Assembly: GCA_044222065.1 (NCBI GenBank)
Contig: JBGAOA010000077.1
Span: forward strand, 1 to 19,054
Source: Candidatus Eiseniibacteriota bacterium
Lineage (GTDB): Bacteria > Eisenbacteria > RBG-16-71-46
Length of the DNA stretch: 19,054 nt
Reading direction: 5' to 3'
Position numbers and translations under genes: made by a program. Positions 9,099-16,430 of the stretch are shown piece after piece. Numbering within the stretch: the first letter of the stretch is position 1; each line of letters starts with the position of its first letter. Under the pieces are notes generated by a model that was not told the origin of the DNA, ran no database searches, and worked only from the letters and a program-made list of their open reading frames with translations.

Positions 9099-9283
9099 CC
9101 GCCGCACGGCGCGCACGTTGCCGTGCGCGATGCGAATTGCGCGGCCGGGAGGAAGGAACTCGCACTCTGCACAGTTCCGGACCGGTCGAAACGACCTGCG
9201 CGGGACTCGCTCCGGAGCCGTCCGACGCCGGAACCCCCCGCGCCACAGAGGATTGCAGGGAGGGCCCGCCGCGGGGCGTCCGG

Positions 9284-9299
9284 TGGCATGGCGGCTGCA
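9284..9299 (+). promoter_or_regulatory. Sigma54 (-24/-12) promoter of pilin 1
   Basis: TGGCATGGCGGCTGCA: GG-N10-GC matching TGGCAC-N5-TTGCA, about 75 nt upstream of the pilin start; a sigma54 activator gene is adjacent. Confidence 0.8.
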
Positions 9300-9373
9300 A
9301 ACCAGAGCCTGGCAGTGGGAGCACGCAGAGCGCGATGCACCCGAAAGGGACCACCCGAGGAGGAGTCGAGAAC

Positions 9374-9796
9374 ATGTTCCGTACGCAGAAGGGCTTCACC
9401 CTCATCGAGCTGATGATCGTCGTCGTCATCATCGGCATCCTCGCCGCCATCGCGATCCCGAACTTCATCGCGATGCAGAACCGCGCGAAGGAAGGCTCGA
9501 CGAAGTCGAACATGCACACGTTCCAGCTCTCGTCCGAGGACTACGGCATCCAGAACGACGGCATCTACGCCGACGACGGCACGAACGTCCAGCCGCTGCT
9601 CCCGGGCACGTTCAAGAACCCGTTCTCGGGCGGCACGGCGGCTGGCGACGCGTGGGAAGACCGCGCGGTGTTCACGCAGCCGGCTTCGGCGGTCGACGGC
9701 ATCACGAGCTACGCCGACTCGTCGACGACGACCTACAACATCAAGGGCCACGGCAAGGGCGCCGCGCTGACGCTCGTCCTCTCGGCCGGCCAGTAA
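9374..9796 (+). CDS. pilA: Type IVa pilin, probable major pilin (140 aa; 7-aa leader, 133-aa mature)
   Basis: MFRTQKG|FTLIELMIVVVIIGILAAIAIPNF class III signal; strong GAGGAGG RBS; own sigma54 promoter and terminator. Confidence 0.93.
   Translation: MFRTQKGFTLIELMIVVVIIGILAAIAIPNFIAMQNRAKEGSTKSNMHTFQLSSEDYGIQNDGIYADDGTNVQPLLPGTFKNPFSGGTAAGDAWEDRAVFTQPASAVDGITSYADSSTTTYNIKGHGKGAALTLVLSAGQ
9497..9560 (+). repeat. Pilin-shared block A (direct repeat with 10286..10349)
   Basis: 64 nt, 2 mismatches, offset 789 (manual alignment). Confidence 0.9.
9611..9673 (+). repeat. Pilin-shared block B (direct repeat with 10400..10462), encoding FKNPFSGGTAAGDAWEDRAVF
   Basis: 63 nt, 2 synonymous mismatches, offset 789. 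Confidence 0.9.
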
Positions 9797-9823
9797 TTCG
9801 CGAAGCACTCCTCCAGGGGTGAG

Positions 9824-9859
9824 GCGAGGGCGGGAGCGATCCCGCCCTCGTCGCGTTTC
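9824..9859 (+). terminator. Probable terminator hairpin after pilin 1
   Basis: GCGAGGGCGGGA-GCGA-TCCCGCCCTCGT stem with a GNRA loop; weak tail CGCGTTTC. Confidence 0.65.
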
Positions 9860-10088
9860 CGCCCGCGGGTCCACGACGGCGCCCGCGGGCGCGTCGCATC
9901 GGTGACGATCTCGGCGCGCCGCGCGCGCGATCCGCAACGTCCGCGGGGCCGATCGTGCAGCGTGAGCTCGGGTCCGCAGGACGCACGGCAACTCCGGGCG
10001 GTGCGCGCGAGGGGCCGCCGCCTCTCAAGCTCGTGCGCGCGAGTGGTTTGATCCGGATCCGGTCTCGGGCGGCGTCCTCGCGCGGGCG

Positions 10089-10104
10089 TGGCACGGGCGG
10101 TGCA
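10089..10104 (+). promoter_or_regulatory. Sigma54 (-24/-12) promoter of pilin 2
   Basis: TGGCACGGGCGGTGCA: GG-N10-GC, about 55 nt upstream of ATG 10160. Confidence 0.78.
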
Positions 10105-10159
10105 CGAGCAAAGTGTCGTGGGACGGGGTCGTCCCGCAGGGCACAGGTCGGAGGCACCG

Positions 10160-10585
10160 ATGTCGAGACGGGTCGAAAGAGGATTCACGCTGATCGAGCT
10201 GATGATCGTGGTCGTGATCATCGGCATCCTCGCGGCGATCGCGATTCCGAATTTCATCCGCATGCAGGATCGGGCGCGCGAGGGGTCGACGAAGTCGAAC
10301 ATGCACACGTTCCAGCTGTCGGCCGAGGACTACGGCATCCAGAACGACGCGCTGTACGCCGACGACGCGACCTCGGTCGCGAACAACCTCGGCATCGTGT
10401 TCAAGAACCCGTTCTCGGGCGGCACGGCCGCTGGCGACGCGTGGGAGGACCGCGCGGTGTTCGTCGCGGGCCCCTCAAACGTCCCAGGCATCGTCAGCTA
10501 CGCCGACTCCGCGAACGTGGCCTACTCGATCAAGGGCGGCGGCCGCGAGGGCCCGCTCACGATGGTGATCGGCTCCGACCGCTGA
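10160..10585 (+). CDS. pilA: Second type IVa pilin, paralog of pilin 1 (141 aa; 8-aa leader, 133-aa mature)
   Basis: MSRRVERG|FTLIELMIVVVIIGILAAIAIPNF; GGAGG RBS; gap-free alignment to pilin 1 with 96/133 identical residues by manual count. Confidence 0.9.
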   Translation: MSRRVERGFTLIELMIVVVIIGILAAIAIPNFIRMQDRAREGSTKSNMHTFQLSAEDYGIQNDALYADDATSVANNLGIVFKNPFSGGTAAGDAWEDRAVFVAGPSNVPGIVSYADSANVAYSIKGGGREGPLTMVIGSDR

Positions 10586-10598
10586 CCGGGATCCCAGG

Positions 10599-10636
10599 AC
10601 GCCGCGATCCGTCCTCGGATCGCGGCGTTTCGCTTT
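10599..10636 (+). terminator. Intrinsic terminator after pilin 2
   Basis: ACGCCGCGATCCG-TCCT-CGGATCGCGGCGT: perfect 13-bp stem, then TTCGCTTT. Confidence 0.75.
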
Positions 10637-10640
10637 CGGC

Positions 10641-10656
10641 GGGCACGGCCGTTGCG
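10641..10656 (+). promoter_or_regulatory. Putative sigma54 promoter of the ABC/TPR module
   Basis: GGGCACGGCCGTTGCG = GGCAC-N5-TTGC with correct GG-N10-GC spacing, immediately after the pilin 2 terminator. Confidence 0.6.
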
Positions 10657-10746
10657 AAATCGCTGTCGAACCCCGCACGGGCGGCCGAGAACCCGACAGG
10701 CCCGTTGCGGCGCAGTCACTTGCGAACGACACGTCAGGGACGAACG

Positions 10747-11811
10747 ATGACCTCCGACCAGATTCAGGACGCGCCGAAAGCCGCTCGGACAGATTCCAAC
10801 CGGTCCGCCGACGGCCCCGACCCGGCGCTCGCCGTCGAGACGCGCGACCTCACGCGCCAGTACCGGAGCCCGTGGACCGGCAAGGTCGTCACGGGGCTCG
10901 ATCGTCTCAACCTGTCCGTGCGACGCGGCGAGGTCCTCGGCTACCTCGGCCCGAACGGCGCGGGCAAGACGACGACGCTCAAGCTCCTTACCGGGCTCCT
11001 CAAGCCCACGTCCGGACGGGCGTGGCTCCTTGGCCGCTCGACCGAGGACGTGCAGAGCCGCCGCTCGGTCGGCTTCCTGCCGGAGCAGCCGTACTTCTAC
11101 GAGTACCTGAACGGACTCGAGTACCTCGAACTCGCCGCCGGACTCTCGGGGCTCTCGGGCAAGGACGCGTCGGACCGCGCGCGCCACTGGCTCGGCCGCG
11201 TGGGGCTCGGCGACCGCGCGCGCCTCGTGCTGCGCAAGTACTCGAAGGGCATGCTGCAGCGTCTCGGACTCGCCGCGGCGCTCGTGCACGACCCCGACCT
11301 GCTGATCCTCGACGAGCCGATGAGCGGCCTCGATCCGTTCGGCCGCCGCGACGTGCGCGAACTGATCCTCGAGCAGAAGGAGCGCGGGCGCACCGTTCTG
11401 TTCTCGTCGCACATCCTCCCGGACGTCGAGCGGCTCTGCGATCGCGTCGCGATCGTGCTGCGCGGGCGGCTCGATCGGCTCGACACGATCAGCGACCTCC
11501 TGAGCGCGGGACCCGCGTACGTCGCGATCCAGTGCGTCGGCCGTCCGCTGCTCGAGATCCCGCACGCCTGGCGCTCGTGCCTCGTGCGACGCGAACGCCC
11601 CGAGGGCTCGGAACTGATGCTCTCCGACGCGTCGCAGCTCGACGCCGTGCTCTCGTGGCTCGTGCAGGCGCGCGTGTCGGTGCGTGCCGTGACGCCGCAG
11701 ACGGCGCAGCTCGAAGACCTGTTCATGGCGGCGGCGGCCGCCGGCGGCAGCGGCCACGGACCCGACGCGCCGCGCGAATTCGCGCTCCGCTCGGGCGGGA
11801 GCCCGTCGTGA
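10747..11811 (+). CDS. ABC transporter ATP-binding protein, pilin-associated (Myxococcus PilH-like / Geobacter Xap-like; ~354 aa)
   Basis: Walker A GPNGAGKTT, GFLPEQPYFY, signature YSKGMLQRLG, Walker B LLILDEP, H-loop FSSH. Confidence 0.9.
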   Translation: MTSDQIQDAPKAARTDSNRSADGPDPALAVETRDLTRQYRSPWTGKVVTGLDRLNLSVRRGEVLGYLGPNGAGKTTTLKLLTGLLKPTSGRAWLLGRSTEDVQSRRSVGFLPEQPYFYEYLNGLEYLELAAGLSGLSGKDASDRARHWLGRVGLGDRARLVLRKYSKGMLQRLGLAAALVHDPDLLILDEPMSGLDPFGRRDVRELILEQKERGRTVLFSSHILPDVERLCDRVAIVLRGRLDRLDTISDLLSAGPAYVAIQCVGRPLLEIPHAWRSCLVRRERPEGSELMLSDASQLDAVLSWLVQARVSVRAVTPQTAQLEDLFMAAAAAGGSGHGPDAPREFALRSGGSPS

Positions 11812-12575
11812 GCGGCGCCGCGCTGATCGCGCGCAACACGTTCCGCGAGGCGACGCGCGACCGGCTGCTCGCGGGCGTCGTCGTCGCCGGCCTCGTAATC
11901 ATCGCCGCGACCCAGGCGCTGAGCCCGCTCGCGCTCGGCGAAGGGACGCGGCTCACCGTCGACCTCGGGCTCTCGAGCCTGACGTGGCTCGGACTCCTGA
12001 TCATCCTGCTCGTCGGCACGAGCCTCGTCGCGAAGGAGATCGAGCGCCGCACGATCTTCAACCTGCTCTCGCGCCCGATCGCGCGCCACGCCTATCTGCT
12101 CGGCAAGTGGGCGGGGCTCACGGGCGCGCTGTGGAGCGTCGCCGCCGTGCTCGGGCTCGCGATCGGCGCCGTGCTGTGGCTGCGCGGAGTGCGCGGCTTC
12201 GAGCTGTCGCTGCTGCAGGCGACGTTCATGGCCGGGCTCGAACTCGCGGTGCTCACGTCGCTCGCCGTGCTGTTCTCGGCGCTCTCGACCCCGGTGCTGT
12301 CGGCGCTCTACACGCTCGGCTGCTTCCTCGTCGGCGAGTGGAGTTACGACCTGCGCGAGTTCGCGTCGCACTTCCCGCGCGGACTGTCGGACGCGGTGAA
12401 CGCGATCGCGAACGTCGTGCCGAACCTGCCGCTCTTCAACATGCGCTCGCTGTCCGCGGCCGGCGAGCCCACGTCGCTCGCGCACCTCGGCCTCGCGGCG
12501 GCGTACGCCGTGACGTACGTCGGCTGCGTGCTCGCGCTCGCGGCCGCCGCGTTCGAGTCCCGGGACTTCAAGTGA
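11808..12575 (+). CDS. ABC-2-type transporter permease (Myxococcus PilI-like; ~255 aa)
   Basis: GTGA overlap with the ATPase gene. IARNTFREATRDR, KEIERRTIFNLLSRPIAR..YLLGK, about 6 TM helices, C-terminal FESRDFK. Confidence 0.88.
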   Translation: MSGAALIARNTFREATRDRLLAGVVVAGLVIIAATQALSPLALGEGTRLTVDLGLSSLTWLGLLIILLVGTSLVAKEIERRTIFNLLSRPIARHAYLLGKWAGLTGALWSVAAVLGLAIGAVLWLRGVRGFELSLLQATFMAGLELAVLTSLAVLFSALSTPVLSALYTLGCFLVGEWSYDLREFASHFPRGLSDAVNAIANVVPNLPLFNMRSLSAAGEPTSLAHLGLAAAYAVTYVGCVLALAAAAFESRDFK

Positions 12576-13381
12576 GCGTCTGGACCTGGTCCGAGCACCG
12601 CCGCCGCCGCTTCCTCGGCGCGTGGGGGATCGCGCTCTCGGCCGGTGCGATGGCCGTGCTGCTCGCCGCGCATTCGTGGCGCGCGCTGCCGCGGCCGCAT
12701 CCGCTCGAAGAGCTGTCCTACTACCCGTCGGGCGAGTTCCTGAGGCCGATGACGCTCGGCCACGCCGAGACCGCGGCCGACCTCGCCTGGCTGCGCGCGG
12801 TCCAGTACTACGGCGCGCACCGGCTCGCGGACAACCGCTTCGATCGGCTGCCGCACGTGTTCGACATCCTGACGACGCTCGCGCCGCGCTTCGTGTCGGC
12901 CTACGGGTTCGGCGCGTTCGCGATGGGGCAGGAGGGCCGCACGTTCGAACGCGGAGAGTCGCTGCTTCTCAAGGGGATTGCCGCGAATCCGCGCAGCGGA
13001 AGGCTCGCCTTCGAACTGGGCTTCCTCTACTACGTGCGCCCCGGAGGACGCGACTTGCAGCGCGCCGCCGAGATGTTCGAGCAGGCGGCGCGACAGCCGG
13101 ACGCACCGCCCCAGGCGGGACGTTTCGCCGCGTACGCCCGCCAGCACGCCGGGGACCTGCGGCTCGCCTGGGAGCTGTGGGCGGGCGTCGCCCGGAACTC
13201 CCCGAACAAGTACCTGCAGGAGCTGGCGGAGAAGAACATGCGCCGCATCGAGGAAGCGATCGCGAGCGGCCGCCGGCAGGACGCCGTACACCGGCTTACG
13301 ACCCCCCAAATCCTGTTGCTCGAAAACCCCGAAGCCCCCGCCCCAAAAGCCGCTCAAGTCCCTGCCCGACAGGTCCGATGA
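12572..13381 (+). CDS. Membrane-anchored TPR-like protein associated with the pilin ABC module (~269 aa)
   Basis: GTGA overlap with the permease gene. One N-terminal TM segment, ADLAWLRAVQYYG motif, helical repeats (LLLKGIAANP..GRLAFELGFLYY, AAEMFEQAA). Confidence 0.7.
   Translation: MSVWTWSEHRRRRFLGAWGIALSAGAMAVLLAAHSWRALPRPHPLEELSYYPSGEFLRPMTLGHAETAADLAWLRAVQYYGAHRLADNRFDRLPHVFDILTTLAPRFVSAYGFGAFAMGQEGRTFERGESLLLKGIAANPRSGRLAFELGFLYYVRPGGRDLQRAAEMFEQAARQPDAPPQAGRFAAYARQHAGDLRLAWELWAGVARNSPNKYLQELAEKNMRRIEEAIASGRRQDAVHRLTTPQILLLENPEAPAPKAAQVPARQVR
13354..13381 (+). promoter_or_regulatory. Putative sigma28-like promoter upstream of pilM
   Basis: TCAAG-N15-TCCGATGA, preceded by an A/C-rich lower-G tract; same spacing as the pilB motif. 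Confidence 0.45.
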
Positions 13382-13504
13382 AAGGGACGGCGGAGTACCA
13401 CACCGTACGCCTCGAACTTCGGACTCGCCGCGAACGAGGGCGACGCAACGCGGTCGGCCGGGCGTGCAGGCTCAAGACCGCGGCGCCTTTCATGGAGTGA
13501 CGAC

Positions 13505-14560
13505 ATGCTCTTCGGGAAGAAGCAGTCCCTCGTCGGACTGGACATCGGGAGCCACACGATCAAAGCCGTGGAGCTCGAGTCGGTCGGCAACAAGGGTTAC
13601 CGGCTGACCAACTGGGGCATTTCGGCTCCTCTCGCCGAGGCGATCGTGGACGGCGAGATCATGGATCGACAGCTCGTGACCGACGCGATCTCGAACCTGT
13701 TCGAGTCGCGCGGCCTCAAGTCCCGGACCGTCGTCGCGGCCGTGAGCGGACGCGCCGTCATCGTGAAGAAGATCACGATGAACAAGCTGAGCGCGGACGA
13801 CGCGCAGCAGGCGGTGTACTGGGAAGCCGAGCAGCACGTGCCGTACGACATCAACGACGTCTCGCTCGACTTCGAGATCCTCGGCCCCGCGCCGAGCGAC
13901 CCGAAGCAGATGCAGGTGCTGCTCGTCGCCGCGAAGAAGGACATGGTGGCCTCGTTCAGCGACCTGATCCGCGAGGCCGGCCTCTCGCCCCTGATCGTGG
14001 ACGTGGACTCGTTCGCCGCGCAGAACGCGCTCGAGGCGAACTACGACTTCACGTCCGAGGAAGTGGTCGCGGCGCTGAACATCGGCTCCGAGATCACGAA
14101 CATCAACATCACGCAGGGCGGCGTGCCGTACTTCACGAAGGACCTCCAGGTGGGCGGCAGCACGTTCATCGAAGCCGCCCAGCGCAAGTTCAACATGAGC
14201 CAGTCGGAGGCCGCGGCCGCGGTGCGCGGCGAATCCGGCGCCGGGCTCGAAGTCGTGCCGGTGATCGAGCAGGCGTGCGAAGGACTCGCGACGGCGCTCG
14301 AGCGCGCGCAGACGTACCTGCGCACCGCCGGCGAAGCCGGTCCGATCTCGCGCATCGTGCTGTGCGGCGGCTCGGCGCTCACTCCCGGGCTCTCGGAATT
14401 CCTCAACCGTCGATTCGGCGTTCCCGCCGAGGTCGCGAATCCTCTGTCCCGCATCGCCTACGACCCGGCGCTGTTCGCCGGGCAGGACGTGATGAAGGTG
14501 GCGCCTCTTCTCACGGTCGGCATCGGGCTCGCGCTGCGCCGCCTGGGAGACAAGAAATGA
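13505..14560 (+). CDS. pilM: Type IV pilus alignment-complex protein PilM (actin-like, 351 aa)
   Basis: VGLDIGSHTIKAVEL, VLLVAAKK, VDVDSFA, LNIG, VLCGGSA, VANPL, GLALR; GGAG RBS. Confidence 0.96.
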   Translation: MLFGKKQSLVGLDIGSHTIKAVELESVGNKGYRLTNWGISAPLAEAIVDGEIMDRQLVTDAISNLFESRGLKSRTVVAAVSGRAVIVKKITMNKLSADDAQQAVYWEAEQHVPYDINDVSLDFEILGPAPSDPKQMQVLLVAAKKDMVASFSDLIREAGLSPLIVDVDSFAAQNALEANYDFTSEEVVAALNIGSEITNINITQGGVPYFTKDLQVGGSTFIEAAQRKFNMSQSEAAAAVRGESGAGLEVVPVIEQACEGLATALERAQTYLRTAGEAGPISRIVLCGGSALTPGLSEFLNRRFGVPAEVANPLSRIAYDPALFAGQDVMKVAPLLTVGIGLALRRLGDKK

Positions 14561-15126
14561 TCCGCATCAATCTCCTCCCTCGGGAGGAAAAGGCTCAGCG
14601 GCAGTCGACCGTCAATTTGCGGATCGGCGACCTCGTCATCCCGGGCGTGCTGCTGCTCGCCGCGGGACTCGTGGTGACCGGCACCGCGCTGTCGCAGCAC
14701 TCGCGCGCCGCGAAGCTCCAGAAGGACATCGAGGAGGTCGAAGCGCAGTCGCGCGCGCTGCAGCCGCAGATCGAGCGCGTGAACCGGCTCGCTCAGGAGC
14801 GCGCGGAGCTGGACCTGCGGCTCGGAATCATCAACCGCCTCGAGAAGGGCCGCACCGAGTCGGTGCGCCTCATGGACGAACTCGCGCGCTGCCTGCCCGA
14901 CCACCTGTGGCTGGTGGGCGCGACGCAGCAGGGCGGCGGTTCGCTGTCGATCGATGGTGTGACGTTCTCGAACCTCGTGGTCTCCGACTTCATGTCGCGC
15001 CTCGAACGCTCGCCGATGTTCGCGAACGTCGAGCTCGACATCGCGGAACGCGGGTCGCTCGAGCAGCGCGACGTGGTCAAGTTCCGGATGACCTGCCAGG
15101 TGACGCCGGACGAGCCCGCGAACTAG
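14557..15126 (+). CDS. pilN: PilN (~189 aa)
   Basis: ATGA overlap with pilM; N-terminal MIRINLLP motif, TM helix, coiled coil, ferredoxin-like domain (LPDHLWL, FMSRLERSPMF). Confidence 0.93.
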   Translation: MIRINLLPREEKAQRQSTVNLRIGDLVIPGVLLLAAGLVVTGTALSQHSRAAKLQKDIEEVEAQSRALQPQIERVNRLAQERAELDLRLGIINRLEKGRTESVRLMDELARCLPDHLWLVGATQQGGGSLSIDGVTFSNLVVSDFMSRLERSPMFANVELDIAERGSLEQRDVVKFRMTCQVTPDEPAN

Positions 15127-15139
15127 GAGAGGAGAGGAC

Positions 15140-15793
15140 ATGGGCAACATCGACTTCAAGAATCCCGCGGTCCTCAAGATCGTCTTGAGCGTGCTGCTCG
15201 TCGTGAGCGTGCTGGGAGCGTTCTTCTTCACGCACTTCCTGCCGTTCGGCTACGTGCCGCAGAAGGAGCGCATCGAGGCGCTGAAGGCCGACTACGAGAA
15301 GAAGTCCACCGATCTCGCCCGCGCGCGCGCCACGGTCGCCGACCTGCCGCGCTTCGAGGCCGAGTACGAGCAGCTGCACCAGCGCTGGGAGCTCGCGGCC
15401 GAGCTGCTGCCGGCGGACCGCCAGATGTCCGCGCTGCTCCGCAAGGTCACGCTCGCCGCGGAGCAGTCGGGCGTGCGGCTGAAGACCTTCCGCCCGGTGG
15501 GTCCGCGCGCCGAGCAGTACTACACGGAACTGCCGCTCTCGATCCAGGCGATCGGCGGCTACCACCAGATCGGTTCGTTCCTCGCCGAACTCGCGAACCT
15601 GCGCCGCATCATCACGGTCTCGCAGGTCGACCTGAAGGCTTCGAACGACAAGGAGAACTCGCTGCTCACGACGCAGGCGAACTTCACCGCGTCGGCGTAC
15701 AGCCTGAACACCGCACCCGCCGCGCCGGCAGCGCCCGCGCCTGCCGCCGACAAGCCGAAGGAGGGAGCTCCCAATGCGCGCAAGTCGTCCTGA
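15140..15793 (+). CDS. pilO: PilO (217 aa)
   Basis: TM helix, coiled coil, LLP...LL, YYTELP, GGYHQIGSFLAELANLRRII. Confidence 0.93.
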   Translation: MGNIDFKNPAVLKIVLSVLLVVSVLGAFFFTHFLPFGYVPQKERIEALKADYEKKSTDLARARATVADLPRFEAEYEQLHQRWELAAELLPADRQMSALLRKVTLAAEQSGVRLKTFRPVGPRAEQYYTELPLSIQAIGGYHQIGSFLAELANLRRIITVSQVDLKASNDKENSLLTTQANFTASAYSLNTAPAAPAAPAPAADKPKEGAPNARKSS

Positions 15794-16430
15794 TCTCCGC
15801 CACGGTTCGTGGGCGTCGTTCGCGGGCGTCGTCGCGACGGGGCTGCTGCTCGGCGCCGCCGCCACGGTCGCGCTGCGCTCGGCGGGCGAGCTGATGGAAC
15901 CGGGTGACGCGTACGCGGCGGGCAAGAACGCCGCGGCGCCGGCGGCGAAAGTCGCTCCGGCGAAGACCGCGCCGGCGAAGCCGGCCGCGAAGCCTGCGAC
16001 GTCGGCCGCGGCGGCGGTGCCGGGCGTGCAGATCACGCCGGTGCGTCCCGCGAACCCGGCGCCGGCCGCTCCGGTCGCGCACCTCGAGGACCAGTTGACC
16101 TACCAGTACAACGCGCTCGGACGGCGCGATCCGTTCCAGCCGATGATCGGCGGCGAGTTCGTCGGCGAGGACGTCGGCGGCAACGCGCCGGTGGACGTCG
16201 GCGGCATGGAAGTCGTCGGCATCGTGTGGGGCGCGGATGACAAGTTCGCGCTCGTCGAGGACGCGCGCGGCAACAGCCTGGTGCTCCGGGCCGGCGACAA
16301 GGTGATGAACGGAGTCGTCGAGAGTCTGCGCCGCGATGCCGTGGTGGTTCGTCTCACGATGGATGGTCAGTCGCAGTCGGTGGCAATCCCGCTCATGCGG
16401 AAGGGGGATCGGTCGAATGGTCAGCGTTAA
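15774..16430 (+). CDS. pilP: PilP-like protein (218 aa, no lipobox cysteine)
   Basis: Lies between pilO and pilQ; YQYNALGRRDPFQP motif and C-terminal beta domain (VVGIVW...ALVED..G....LRAGD). Confidence 0.82.
   Translation: MRASRPDLRHGSWASFAGVVATGLLLGAAATVALRSAGELMEPGDAYAAGKNAAAPAAKVAPAKTAPAKPAAKPATSAAAAVPGVQITPVRPANPAPAAPVAHLEDQLTYQYNALGRRDPFQPMIGGEFVGEDVGGNAPVDVGGMEVVGIVWGADDKFALVEDARGNSLVLRAGDKVMNGVVESLRRDAVVVRLTMDGQSQSVAIPLMRKGDRSNGQR

Noticed and set aside
9395..9793. Conductive 'e-pilin' because of the Geobacter-like gene context
   Set aside because: These are full-length 133-aa pilins with 11 F/Y/W residues and Met at mature position 27 rather than an aromatic; no cytochrome genes in the window.
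9374..10585. Pilin pair as a diversity-generating retroelement template/variable repeat
   Set aside because: Differences are not adenine-specific, both copies are intact genes and no reverse transcriptase is in the window.
13420..13490. Possible c-di-GMP-I riboswitch in the pilM leader (GGCGACGCAAC followed by a GCGGTC/GACCGC stem)
   Set aside because: It lacks the GCAAAC and GNRA tetraloop/receptor features; the resemblance is too weak without an Infernal hit.
15710..16075. GCGCCGGC-rich short repeats in the pilO tail and pilP
   Set aside because: They encode Ala/Pro/Lys low-complexity linkers; no regular repeat-spacer structure, so not CRISPR or a mobile repeat.
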